Positions 51,842 to 64,000 of a stretch of 64,000 nt of DNA are shown here, one piece after another. This DNA is from Octopus vulgaris. Lineage: Eukaryota. The stretch covers positions 55,366,001 through 55,430,000 of the forward strand of contig OX597822.1 in NCBI GenBank assembly GCA_951406725.2, in the 5' to 3' direction. A model generated the notes under the pieces. That model did not search any database and had not been told where the DNA came from. It was given only the letters and a program-made list of their open reading frames with translations. The first letter of the stretch is position 1, and every line of letters starts with the position of its first letter. The position numbers were made by a program, and so were the translations under genes.

Positions 51842-52744
51842 TTCTGAAGTGTTAATGTCCCGTTGCCCCTGGTAACTTTCTTACATAGTATGAATATTTT
51901 GGAATCATTTTCCTTGTTCCTCTCTGTGGTTGATAAAATGAGTACCAGTTGATCACTGGGGTCAATGTAATCGGCTTAATACCACCACTCCTCTAAATTG
52001 CTGCCCTTGTGCCAAAATTTGAAACCATTATATTAACATACCAATACATCTAAATACCAGAGAGCGTTGCCTTAAGTTACTCATTTGCCAGGATATCTGG
52101 GTTCTATAGACTCAGGCATTGCTTTGTTGTTAAGGTGCTCGTTTTTCTACTGTGTAACTTGGCAAGCTTGCCCAAGTGCTTTTTACTATAGCTCCGCGCA
52201 GACCAAATCCCTGCGAATGAATTTAATAGACGGAAATGAAAGCTGTGCGTGTCCTTCTCTTAATATCACGTAATAGTTGCAAACAACTGTCTGACCATTA
52301 GGAAATATTACCTCACTTGGAGGCAGGTAGGGCATCTGACTAGAAAATCTACCTCAGCGAATTCCATCTGACTCCTGCAAGCATGGAAAACTGAAAGTTA
52401 AAACTAAAAAAATATGTATATTTATTTTAGCACGTTCCTGCTGAGTAGAATTTAAATAGTATTCGCTGTGGGAAGGTCTCAGAGAAAAATGTTTTCCCCA
52501 TAGATTTGATGTGTGTGCAAAAACAAATTTTTAAGAATATAAACATAGATTTTTCTTCTCTGTTACTATGCTTACATTTTAACTATGAATCATACTTCGG
52601 TCTTGCGTAAAGAAATTTCTTTAGTCGGTAATGTTTTTTTCTCCTTTTTTTTTGGTTTCAAATCTCATTGGTTTGACCTAAAAGAAAGGGCTGCATCCAT
52701 AACTGTCATAGGCCTGTTGAAACTAATGAAACCAAGCTGACAAA

Positions 52745-54930
52745 CTTTATTTTTGAAATCCTACAGAATATGGAGGATTCCATGAGGTCGATATTCTGAG
52801 AAGGACTAAGGCTGGCGTTAGTGGTTGGTGTGGGGCTTGAGGAAAAGTGAACACAATGTAGGTGACGAGATGAGTTGGGTGTGCCCGAGTAGAAGTGGCA
52901 TGATACTCAATTGTTCTGATAATCAAAAGCCACTCTACAAGGTGGAGAGGAGACAGTGTCTGTAATCTAGAAGTTGAAGTGGTTTGGTGAGTTGTTTTAT
53001 CAGTCATTTTATGTTATTTTATGAGTCAGTTGGGTAACTTTCCTTTGGGCGTGGCCTTGGATCTCTGTACGTTGTAATAGCACCGCCATCTCAAATATGG
53101 GAAGAGTACACCATTGGGTTCAGTTGTGTTTTGTAGAGAATTTATAGTTGGGGATGAAGAATTTTTCAGTTCTGGAGAGGAAGACTAGTGTTTGGTTTTG
53201 CTAAGAATGTGTTCTCCATGAATAACATTTATAGTAACGTCGAAGGGTCTCGTGTGCCGTTTTTGTTTAGTGGGTGTGGTGCTATAATATTTTTCTTGGT
53301 AAGTGTACTGACTGGATCTTCGAGTTGTAGAAGGAGATAAGATTGGTATGACTTTTGGAGAATGTTTTCCAGGTCTCTGTTTATGGAGACAGTGTAGATT
53401 TGTCAGGAATAAAGAATGGTGTCTTCTGCATAGGAATAGATGTTGCGGGTGGGTAGTTGAAGTATAGGGGGAGCTTTGGGAGGATTGACCAAATCCTGAG
53501 AGCATCAAGGTTCGTAGTGTTAGACAGATGGAGCTTCTTCAACACACACTAATCTGATGAGAAGCCGCCAATCCCATTGGCTGCTGGTAGATAAGCAGTT
53601 TTCCTTGGTTTCAGTAACAAACACGGTCGAAAGCTTTGCTATATTGTCAAGGGGGATGACACTGTTTTCTCAAATTTCTTTTCATGATATAGAAAAATGT
53701 CACCAGTAGATCTGATTTTACGAAAACCAGGTGGGGAGACTAGGTATCAAGGAAAGCTAATGGCTGTCTCTGAGATGATGGGACGATAGTTGGCTGGGTC
53801 AAACGAACTGCTTTCTTGGGAATTGGACTCTGGCATGTTTACAAAGATCAGGATATATCCGAAGAGAGATACGGAAGAATTTATTTAGGGTAAGAGCTAG
53901 CTATGGGTTGTTTGACTGAGGTTAATGGAAGAGGGGACGTTGTTTTGTGGGGAGTGAACATGTTATTGCACTTGGCATGATGTGGTAAGTTCAGAATGAA
54001 TAGGGGTTTAGAAAGAGATGTACCTTGTAAGGAGTTCGAGACAAAATTGGTTGTAAATATGGACACTTCTCATGTGAGTTCTGTTTGAGAAGCTACAAAA
54101 AAGATTGCCCGAAGTTGAAAGAGAGCATTTTGGAAAAAGACCAGAAGGCTTCGACCTCATGTTGAGGGCTGTTCGATGCGCAAAGCCATACTTGGCGGTT
54201 CGGATGATAGTCGTGCAGGATGTATAGTACTGAGTAAAAGTTTATCCTATTCGTTGGGCTGAGTGATTTTCTACGAGGGATGTGGGCTGTGTTCTTAGTC
54301 TAAACTGCTGCAAAGCAGCTATTAGCGCACAACTTACTAAGCTCATTTGTTGTAAGCATTACTTTGGGTGGTTGCAGAGAGACTTATTTAAAAATTGGGT
54401 TCAGTCATCCGTAAAGCTGTTTGTAATGTGTCAGGAGTGAATGTGTGTGTGTGTAGCCATGAATAGTTAGAAGAGATCTTACGAAGATTCAGCAGTGAAC
54501 TGATATATATCATAGGGTCCTGGATATGGTGGTTGGATGAAGTGTACATGGTGAGTGGTTGCGATAAGACAGTAACCAGACAGACCAATAATAGAGAGAC
54601 AGGTAAGTGTTTGGAAGTCAGAGAGAACAAAGGGATACGAGTATGGGATGAAAATAATTAATGTAGAGTTTTGGGGACTATGAAAGATTCGGTCTCTGCC
54701 CTAACAGCATTAGTATGGGACTAGTGTGACTTATTAAAAAGAATTGTGAGTGTTGAAGTTAGCGGGGATGGTGGCTTTGGAGAGGGTTGAATAAAGATGA
54801 GGAGATTGGGCCAGAGTAAATGGAAATACATGTAATTGATATCTAGGGAAATGGTGAGAAAAGTATGTAGCAGATAGCTTTCTCAGATTTGAATCTACAA
54901 CGCCGAAGTTAAAGGTCAAATCAGCTCTCT
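52745..54930 (-). mobile_element. Decayed Jockey/CR1-group LINE spanning endonuclease to 3' end
   Basis: EN-like IPANFNTHNS, RT remnants (FDPANYRPI near 53785-53810, KAFDRV near 53620-53640) and a 3' region similar to 21075-21640. Many stops and frameshifts. Confidence 0.75.
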
Positions 54931-55339
54931 ATTAATTTTACCATATTCGATAATGTTGAACAAAACTAGGTACAATATGTCCCTCTACTTTGTCAAAACA
55001 CTTAATGACTCTTTCCTCAGCCGATTGTTTGTGGTGTCGGTTTTGATAAGTGTTGACAGACAAAAATGAAACTTAATTTTCGCACCTTATCTAAGGATAT
55101 GAAACTCAAAGTATAAGACAGGTTGGGAGGTGATACATCGTCGTTCAAATTGCTGAAAATGCAGCTAAATCTCTCTGTCACATCCTACCATCTTAAATAA
55201 AGGGTAAATTTAATAAACACAGACACGACAGAAATAAATAGACATTAAAATTTATAAAAATCTGAAATTATATACTCAAATTATTAATTGTTATAATGTG
55301 AATGTTTAATATTTAGTAGACATACTTTTTGCATTTTTC

Positions 55340-56330
55340 AATGCAAGAACCCTATTAGGCAAGTTACTGATCAGATGACGAATATTCTCTTGCACAATTT
55401 CTTGCCAAGTTTCTTGCAATAATCTCAAAAGATCTGGCTTTCATGATGTTTTCTTGTTTTTTTTTGTTTTTTTTTTGTTATGAAGTGTCCTGTCCATTAT
55501 GCTCTAGAGGTGTTCAGTAGGGTTCATATCTGGTGATGGGCTTGGCCATAGAAACTTTTTAATGCCATTCCCATCCAATAAATCTTCGCTCATTTTAGTC
55601 GTGCAACAAGGAGCCCCCATCTTCCATAAATAATCTTCCTTAATCATTTCATCACCGGAGAAGATTGGAAGGAGTCCTTTCTGCAATATGGACATAGATA
55701 TGTCTGAGTTTGTTTCTTCCACATCCCACCAGTTCTGATCAACCGTTGCTCCCCAGACCATCACGGGATAGCTGTCGTGTTTCATTGTTGGCTGCAATCT
55801 TTTTACATCAAATTCTTGATCACAGTCTCGAAACCCACACTCAACCACTATCAAGAAATACAGCAAATCTGGATTCATCAAAGAACATGACAGTATCCTA
55901 AAATGCTAGTGGCCTCTCCACCATCTCACTGGCCCAATCTTTTCTCTGCTTGATGTTGGCTGGTCTAAGAAGTGGTTTTCTTCTTGCTGCTCTGCCATAG
56001 TAACCAAGTTCGTGGAGCTACCTGACAGCCGTTCTCGGACTGACATCAACTTGTGCTGCTATGTCAGAGGCCTTGCAACAAGGATTATCCTCTTAACAAA
56101 AAGAAAGATCCTGCCAGAGGTCGCTGGTTGATCTGGGCGAGGTGACGTGGACTCCTTCCCCTCTCTAGGGAATTGCACAATCACTCTATTAACTGTAGAA
56201 AGCGGGATCCGAAGGTTTTCTGCGATTTTATGCTGACGATGTCCACCTTCAGAATTACCCACAATATGGCCTCTTTGTAATTGAGACAGTTCCAAACCTT
56301 CTTTTCTGAAACATAAAAATGTCAATAAAA
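55340..56330 (-). mobile_element. Tc1-like transposon remnant (DD34E type)
   Basis: Encodes [12 protein letters not shown]...[32 protein letters not shown] and WPSPSPDMNPTEHL. Confidence 0.92.
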
Positions 56331-56717
56331 AAAAATAAATCTTTACAAGTTAGAATAAACATAAAACGATTTTGTATGGGATGTCTGTTTACTTCTGTTA
56401 TGTTTGTGTAATTCTTTATGTATAAATGACAGGATCATCACAAGAAGGCGTTTCATTCAAGTTTTATTGGATTATAACTAATCTTCAACTATACAACAAC
56501 AGTAATGTTTAGAAAAAGAAAAAGTTTCCAAATAGAGAACGTTGACCTCATTTTAAGGCAATATTTATTATTTTGAAGAACAATACCTGTGACTATGTAG
56601 GTTCTAATGGCTATAAAAAATGTACTTTTTTCTATCAGTGACACACAATGAATAACTTCAATATAACAATTGGTAGAAAAGGTTTGGAAATAAAATCATT
56701 CATATTGAAAGAGTAAA

Positions 56718-57945
56718 CAGGAGTGGCTGTGTTGTAAGTAGCTTGTTTACCAACCACATGGCTCCGGGTTCAGTCCCACTGCGTGGCACCTTGGGCAAGT
56801 GTCTTCTACTATAGCCTCAGGCCGACCAAAGCCTTGTGATTGGACTTGGTAGACGGAAACTGAAAGAAGCCTGTCATATATATGTATGTGTGTGTGTGTC
56901 TGTGTTTGTCCCCCCTAGCATTGCTTGACAACCGATGCTGGTGTGTTTATGTCCCCGTCACTTAGCGGTTTGGCAAAAGAGACCGATAGAATAAGTACTG
57001 GGCTTACAAAGAATAAGTCCCGGGGTCGAGTTGCTCGATTAAAGGCGGTGCTCCAACATGGCTGCAGTCAAATGACTGAAACGAGTAAAAGAGAGAGTAA
57101 ATATTTCTAAAAAAAGAAAAGGAAAACAGTGACAAAAGTTGAATAAGTGTGAAAGTGTTAAAAAATAACTGTTTGATCCGGTACTCCTATTCGTTTTTTT
57201 AAAGCCTAGTATTTATACTATCGGTCTCTTATGTTGATCCGCTAAGGGGACAATGACACGCACACATATATATTCGACAGGCTTCTTTCAGTTTCTGTCT
57301 ACTAAATACACCCTCACAAAGCTTTGGTCAGCCCCGGGGCTATAGTAGAAAACACTTGCCGAAGGTGCAATGCAATGGAATTGAACCCGGAACTATGTGG
57401 TTGGGAAGCAAGCTTTTTACAACACAGCCACATCTGCGCCTATGTTAAATGAATATATTTTTAATAAAATGAAAATTTCCATGATTAATGCATACCAAAC
57501 AGCCATAACAACAAATTCACTTTTGTTTAACTCTTGGGGGCACCACCATTTCTTTTTTAATTATGCTTCTATCTCCGGAAAATTTCATTTTAATAAAAAA
57601 AATATTCATTTATTAAATTCCAGAAGATGAAAGGGTGGATAGTCCTCAAAAGTAATTTTTAAAAATATTATTGTAATCTACGTCATCAGAATGTATGAAG
57701 AAATAAAGTCGAGGTGTGTGCATTTATCCAAAACTCAACTTCCCTGCCTCTGAAAAAATTTTCACAATAACTTCCAATACAGGCGTAGGTGTGGCTGTGT
57801 GGTAAGGAGCTTGCTTCCCAAACACGTGGTTCCGGGTTCAGTCCTGCTGTGTGGCACCTTGAGCAAGCATCTTCTATCATAGCCTCAAGCCGATCAAAGC
57901 CTTGTGAGTTGATTTGGTAGACGGAAAATAAAAGAAGTTCATCTC
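56718..57945. mobile_element. Cluster of CORE-type SINEs (56718-57095 +, 57180-57440 -, 57781-57945 +)
   Basis: All three match the dominant family. Confidence 0.85.
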
Positions 57946-57961
57946 TCTCTCATATATATAT

Positions 57962-58215
57962 ATCACATGACCGATCAGTCCATCAGGTGTAGTTACACAC
58001 CGCTGGTCACAATGTGTTCGCATTGTTTTAGCCTTCGAATGACGCCACCCTGCTGGCGAAGCGAGCAGGCCAACAGAAGAAAGAGTACAGCAGGGATCAC
58101 CACCCCAGAGCCTCGAGGAGCTTTTAGGTGTTTTCGCTCAATAAACACTCACAACACCCGGTCAGGGAATCGAAACCGCGAGTCCGCTGCCCTAACCACT
58201 GGGCCATTGCGCCTC

Positions 58216-58217
<2 letters not shown>
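57962..58217 (-). mobile_element. Fourth SINE family, tail type A
   Basis: Minus-strand head gtggaggcgcaatggcccagtggttagggcagcggactcgcggtttcgattccc (tRNA A/B boxes). Confidence 0.8.
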
Positions 58218-58247
<30 letters not shown>

Positions 58248-58379
58248 GAAAGAGAGATAGAGAGATAAAAATGGTGAGACAACAAAAGAAAGAAAGAGAC
58301 CTCGATATTATGTAGAGTAATTTATGGCTACCGAATAATTGTCACATTATATTTACATATATATATATGTGTGTGTGTA

Positions 58380-60005
58380 TAACAAAGTGAAGTTGTAAGA
58401 TACTGCACGAGTGGAAATATATATGAAAGAAGGTTTGAAAATGCAATTTTGAAAGGTGTTTATTCACTTGACCGGTTTCACTGTTTTAGAAAAAGATTGT
58501 AAAATGTAAAAGCTTTGTAAAAACTTTTTTGTGTTAAATACTGGTTGTCACAAAATATTACAATACATATATACATTCTTTGATAATAATAAGAAAAATG
58601 TTAAAACAGTTTACAAGGAAAATAAAAAGTTCATTGAAAATATTAGGATTTCATTAAAAATCATGTCGTTTTCAAGTATCCAAACAGAAAATTATAAGTT
58701 CAAAAAGGTCATATTTTGGTGGTGTATATATATATATAGGTGAAAAAGTTGGTGTGTGACAATTGTTGGTGTTGACAGAATGGAAAGATTAAAAATTGTG
58801 GTAGTAGTTGCTTTGCGCATTTCTCAATATGCTCACTAAAGGGTATCATTTTGTATTCTGGGAATGCAATCTGTTGTCGATGCTGAGTGATAATCCCGTG
58901 GACCCTACGTAGTTTTGGTGGCAGCCTGAGCATCTTATGACATAAATTATGTTTTCAGAAGCACAAGTAAAATTAGATCTGATCTTGAATTTGTGTCCCT
59001 CTTTGAAAAGGAATTCTGATCCTTCTAGAAGGTTTGGGCATGTTGCGCAGTTTGGTCTACCACATTTTTTAACTTTTGCATCCGTAATTTCAGAGAACAA
59101 TTTTGCCTTTGTGAGAATCTTTTTAAGTGATTTAGGTTGTTTGTAGCTTTTAATGATTTTATGTATGTTTAGAATTTCCTTTAATTTGGGGTCCTTATGA
59201 AGTATTGGTAAATTCTGGGTGATGATGGTGAAGGCTTCTTTGTTTCTGGGGTTGTATGTGGATATGTAAGGCAGTATTTTCGGGGAAGGTGTGTTGTGTT
59301 GAACTTTTCTCAAAGTTTCTATGTCTATTTCTGTTGCACGTCTGATCCCATCCTCTATGAGTTGAACTGGGTAGTGTCTGTCAATTAGGGTGTTTTTGAG
59401 TTCTTGTAGTCTAAAGTTCCTGGTATTTTGTTCTGACACTATTGTGCATATCCTTCTTGCAAGTTTTAGTGTGTCTTGGGTGGCATGAATCAAAAAGTAG
59501 GTATTGTTTGGCGTCTGTGGCTTTGTAAAATATGTCTGTTTCTATTTTTAGGTTAATTTTCTTAATCAGTATAACTAAGAATGGAAGCTCCTTTTGGTTG
59601 TACTCCATTGTGAACTGTATATTTGGGTTGATGCTGTTCAATAGGTTTTTGAATTTTAGGAGTTTATCTGTGTTTTCATTCCAGAGTATAAAACAATCGT
59701 CCAGGAATCTTTTCCAATTCTTTTTTATGTATTGAGAAAGGGGGTTTCCAAAGGTCGATAAAGATTCCTAGTATATAACTATTTCCCGGTATCCCATTGT
59801 TAGGTTCACAATGACTGGTGCTGCCCTTGTACCCATAGCAATTCCCAATTTTTGACGGTAAAACGTATTGTCAAACACGAAGTGGTTATTTTGTAGGATG
59901 AATTCAACCGATTTAGTAATGAATTCTTTACTAATCCTTTTTGGTATTTCTTCCGGGAATTGGTCCAGCCAGAACTGTATTGCCTCTAGTCCATAATTAT
60001 GAGGT
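58380..60005 (-). mobile_element. Penelope-like element (RT plus GIY-YIG endonuclease), 5' truncated and frameshifted
   Basis: Encodes FYRQKLGIAMGTRAAP, WKRFLDDCF, IETDIFYKATDAKQYL and CGRPNCATC...FTCASENIIYVIRCSGCHQNYVGST. AT-rich 3' pLTR-like region at 58380-58730. Confidence 0.92.
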
Positions 60006-60076
60006 ATACTGGTATATATATGTATATATATATGTACATATATGTATATATATATATGTATATATGTATTTATATG

Positions 60077-60415
60077 TGGAGCGGACTCGCGGTTTCGATT
60101 CCCAGTGTTGTGAGTGTTTATTGAGCGAAAACACCTAAAGCTTCACGAGGCTCCGGCAGGGGATGGTGGTGATCCCTGCTGTACTCTTTCACCACAACTT
60201 TCTCTCACTCTTACTTCCTGTTTCTGTTGTATCTGTATTTCAAAGGGCCGGCCTTGTCACTCTCTGTGTCACGCTGAATATCCCTGAGAACTACGTTAAG
60301 GGTACACGTGTCTGTGGAGTGCTCAGCCACTTACACGTTAATTTCACGAGCAGGCTGTTCCGTTGATTCGGATCAACTGGAACCCTCGTCGTCGTAACCG
60401 ACGGAGTGCTCCCAT
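60077..60415 (+). mobile_element. Fourth SINE family, tail type B (head partly deleted)
   Basis: Shares gcggactcgcggtttcgattccc...gatccctgctgtactc with 57962-58217, then a different tail ending in the stem-loop cgtcgtaaccgacg. Confidence 0.8.
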
Positions 60416-60417
60416 CA

Positions 60418-60430
60418 TGTATTTATATGT

Positions 60431-60465
<35 letters not shown>

Positions 60466-60605
60466 GTGTATATATATGTATATATATATATATATTATGT
60501 GTATATATATATTATGTGTATATATATGTATATATATATATTATGTGTATATGTATGTATATTATGTATATATATATTATACATGTATATATATATATTA
60601 TACAT
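60418..60605. repeat. (TA)n-rich compound microsatellite
   Basis: Visible directly. Similar arrays at 60010-60075, 63307-63520 and 63934-63995. Confidence 0.95.
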
Positions 60606-63306
60606 ATTGTATTGTATTGGCATCCTTTCTGTCTCGGGAGACAATGGAGTTGCGCATAAAGTAGTCTAGTCCAGCTTTTATATTTCATGTCCTGATACAT
60701 TTCCTGCTGTGGCTGTGTAGTCCTATCCTGGACAAACACTCCCTCTGGCAGGTACCGCAAATGTAGCGAAGACTGTTCCTGGCTGGTTGTAGTGCCATAG
60801 TCTCTTGTTTACGTCTCTTCCTTTCTTTCCATTTCTCTCTCTCTCTGTCACTCCTTTGTATTCCCTCTTTAACAGTACGTCGCCATTCTCCACGGTTGCC
60901 GGCAACTGCCTCCCAGCCGCTAATATTGATGTTGCAGGCCTTCATGTCCCTTTTGCAAACCTCCTTGTAACGTAAGATCGGTCTACTCACAGACCTAGTA
61001 CCCCTAGCAAACTCTCCATAGAGTATGTCCTTGGGGATTCTGCCATCTTTCATACGGCTAACATGCCCAAGCCATCTCATACGTCTTTGTGTGAGGAGTG
61101 CAAACATGCTTGGTATTCCTGCTTGTCTGAGGACATCTTTGTTGGGGATATGATTCTGCCATTTGATGCGGAGGATTTTTCGGAGGCAGCGCAGGTGAAA
61201 GATGTTTAGGCAACGATCTTGGCGTGTGTATAGCGTCCAGGTCTCACTTCCATACAGTAGAGTGCTGAGTACACATGCCTGGTAGATCTTCATTTTCGTG
61301 GTCTTGGTCAGCTTATTGTTGTCCCAAGCCCGTTTGGAGAGTTGGGCCATCGCAGCAGCTGCCTTGCCAATGCGTATATTGAGCTCAGCGTCAAGGGATA
61401 GGTTGTAGGTGATGGTAGAGCCCAGATAGGTAAACTTCTCCACCTCTTGTAATCTGTGGTCTCCAATATGTATATTTGGGATGTCCGATGTAGCCTGGCC
61501 CATGATGTTGGTCTTCTTAAGGCTGATAGCTAAGCCAAAGTTGTTACATGCTTGCTCAAAACAGTTAATGAGCCTTTGGAGGGCTTCTTCTGTGTGTGTT
61601 ACCAGAGCTGCATCATCAACAAATAACATCTCCTTGATCAGGACGTTTCTGATTTTGTCTTGGCACGCAGGCGCGAGAGATTGAACAGTTTCCCGTCACT
61701 TCTACTGTGCAGAAACACTCCATCATCTGATGTCTGAAAGGCATGTGAAAGTAAGAGCGAGAAGAAGATGTCAAACAATGTAGGAGCGAGGACACAACCT
61801 TGCTTTACCCCATTTTTTATTTGGAAGGCGGCTGATGTTGAACCATTGTGCTGTATGGTGCCTTGCATGTCATCATGGAAAGACTTGATGATCCTCAGCA
61901 ACTTTGGTGGACATCCGATATTTTGGAGCAGGATGAAGAGGCCTGTTCTGCTTACCGAGTCAAAAGCCTTTGTTAGATCAATGAAGGCCATATATAATGG
62001 CATTTTCTGCTCTCTGGACTTCTCCTGAAGTTGGCGTATGGAGAATATCATATCGATAGTTGATCTGCTTCTAAAGCCACACTGCGATTCCGGATAGATT
62101 CGAGAAGCAAGTAGTTGTAGCCTGGCCAGGATAATGCGGGCAAAGGTCTTTCCAACAGTGCTTAGAAGGGATATACCACGGTAATTGTTACAATCACCAT
62201 GGTCACCTTTGTTTTTGTAAAGCGTAATAATGTTAGCATCCCGCATATCCTGAGGGACTGTACCTTCTTCCCAGCACTGACACAGAAGCTCATGAAGGTG
62301 CCGAAGCAGGATGGTGTTTTTGCCGGCTTTGATGATCTCTGAGGGGATGCTGATTTTCCCGGAGCCTTATGTCTTGCTAGGGAGTCAACAGCCTTGGTGA
62401 GCTCTGCTATAGATGGCGGACTGTCATGTTCGCACATGACTGGCAAGATCTTGACACTCTCGACTGCAGCCTCAGCCACTGTGGTCTCGCGTGAGTAGAG
62501 ATCCTGGTAGTGCTCCACCCATCTATCCATTTGCTTGCTTTGATCCCTGATGAGATCTCCAGTAGTTGATTTCAGAGGGGCTGACTTGGTTGCGGATGGA
62601 CCGAGGGCCTTCTTCAAACCGGCATACATCCCACGGGTGTCGCCCCTGTCAGCAGCTGATTGGATACTCTGACAGATTTCCTGCCAATACCTATTTGCAC
62701 AGCGTCTGGCTGTCAGTTGGGTTTTATTTCGTGCCTTTCTGAGTTCTTCGAGTGACTTTGTAGAAGAGTCACTCTTGTATTGCACCAGAGCTGCACGCTT
62801 TGCTTCGATAACTGGCTCCAGCTCTGAGAGCCCAGCATTGAACCAATCTGGGTTTTGCCTTTCTCTCATGCCGAAAGTATCCATTGATGTCGTATACAAG
62901 GCTTCCCTGATACAGTCCCACCTACTTTCAGCAGAGGAGGTTGGGCAGCTACTGAGGGCAACCTTGATAGAAGCAGCAAAACATTTTGGCGGTGTTGATG
63001 CGTGGTCGGCCCACTTTCTTGGAGCGATGGACATTTTTAGGCAGAATCCTCACCCTACTTCTAATTAGTGAGTGGTCTGTGTCACAATCCGCCCTGTGGT
63101 TACTGCGGGTCAATAGAGTAGAATTCAGAAAGGATCTCCGTGTAATGATGAGATCCAGCTGATGCCAGTGGTGAGATCTTGGATGTCTCCAGGATGCCTT
63201 GTGGGATGGCTTGTTGATAAAGAATGTGTTTGTGATGCACAGGTTGTGGTATGTGCAGAATTCGAGTAGTCTCTGACCATTGTCATTGATGTTGCCAATA
63301 CCAATT
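60606..63306 (-). mobile_element. RTE-clade LINE, 5' truncated, near-intact ORF with a few frameshifts
   Basis: EN motifs GNINDNGQRLLEFC and WRHPRSHHWHQLD, RT motifs NYRGISLLS, FIDLTKAFDSV, GVKQGCVLAPTLF and LFVDD, C-terminal C2H2 CGTCQRECLSRIGLHSH. (CAATA)n tail. Confidence 0.97.
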
Positions 63307-63335
63307 ATACATATATATATGTATATATATATATT

Positions 63336-63367
<32 letters not shown>

Positions 63368-63397
63368 CATAAGATCATGTATATATATATATTATAC

Positions 63398-63428
<31 letters not shown>

Positions 63429-63481
63429 TATCATAAGATCATATATATATGTATATATATATATATTATATATATATATGC

Positions 63482-63512
<31 letters not shown>

Positions 63513-63930
63513 GTATATAGCAAAATCTGTATTCCAAAAGCGAAAGCTAGGTTTCTTCGAAGACAGAAGATACATCTACGTTGAAGATGTATTCTCCCTT
63601 TTCAAGCTAAGTGGAATACTGCTTACAAGCTTGCTACGGACATTTAGATCATACTTAAAGAAAGGTCGAGTCTTCTCCATTCGATAGAACCAGCATTCAC
63701 ACGAGTACGAGCGGTCTCAACGCTAAAGATAGCAGCTATATTCCCCTCTAATCACACCCCGTTGTTTTAAAAAGGCCAAACTGTATAATCGAGGTCTGAT
63801 ACGAAACGGATATGACTGGGACGCCTTGATCATAGCGAATTCTATTCGCTCTGAGCTGATGTAGTTCATTAAAAAATCGAGTGTCTACCAACACCTCTAT
63901 CTTGTCTACCACTACTACACCTCCTCTGAA

Positions 63931-63994
<64 letters not shown>

Positions 63995-64000
63995 GTCTAT

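Overview
AT-rich, repeat-dense eukaryotic genomic DNA. The SINE repertoire and (TA)n/(CA)n arrays point to an octopus (inferred, not proven). The only host gene I can support is a + strand ethanolaminephosphotransferase 1 (SELENOI/EPT1) orthologue. Six coding exons are visible: 14557-14613, 23423-23534, 27270-27318, 36913-37093, 39629-39811 and 46032-46097. The exons corresponding to human exons 2-5, which carry the CDP-alcohol phosphotransferase catalytic motif, were not found and probably lie in the 100-N gap at 21751-21850. The ORF ends in TAA at the position of the vertebrate selenocysteine UGA. Most of the rest is transposon-derived: several tRNA-derived SINE families, RTE/CR1/Jockey-like LINEs, a Penelope-like element, mariner/Tc1 fossils, and hAT-, piggyBac-, Kolobok- and Merlin-like non-autonomous elements. 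The most notable structures are a 995-bp long-TIR element with an 8-bp TSD in the promoter region, a Kolobok-like MITE carrying a hammerhead-ribozyme core, a tandem array of predicted H-type pseudoknots, and a head-to-tail SINE array just after the stop codon. No prokaryotic-type system (CRISPR, operon) is present. TE boundaries are approximate unless TIR/TSD coordinates are quoted. Family names and comparisons to the human protein are from memory, not from database searches.
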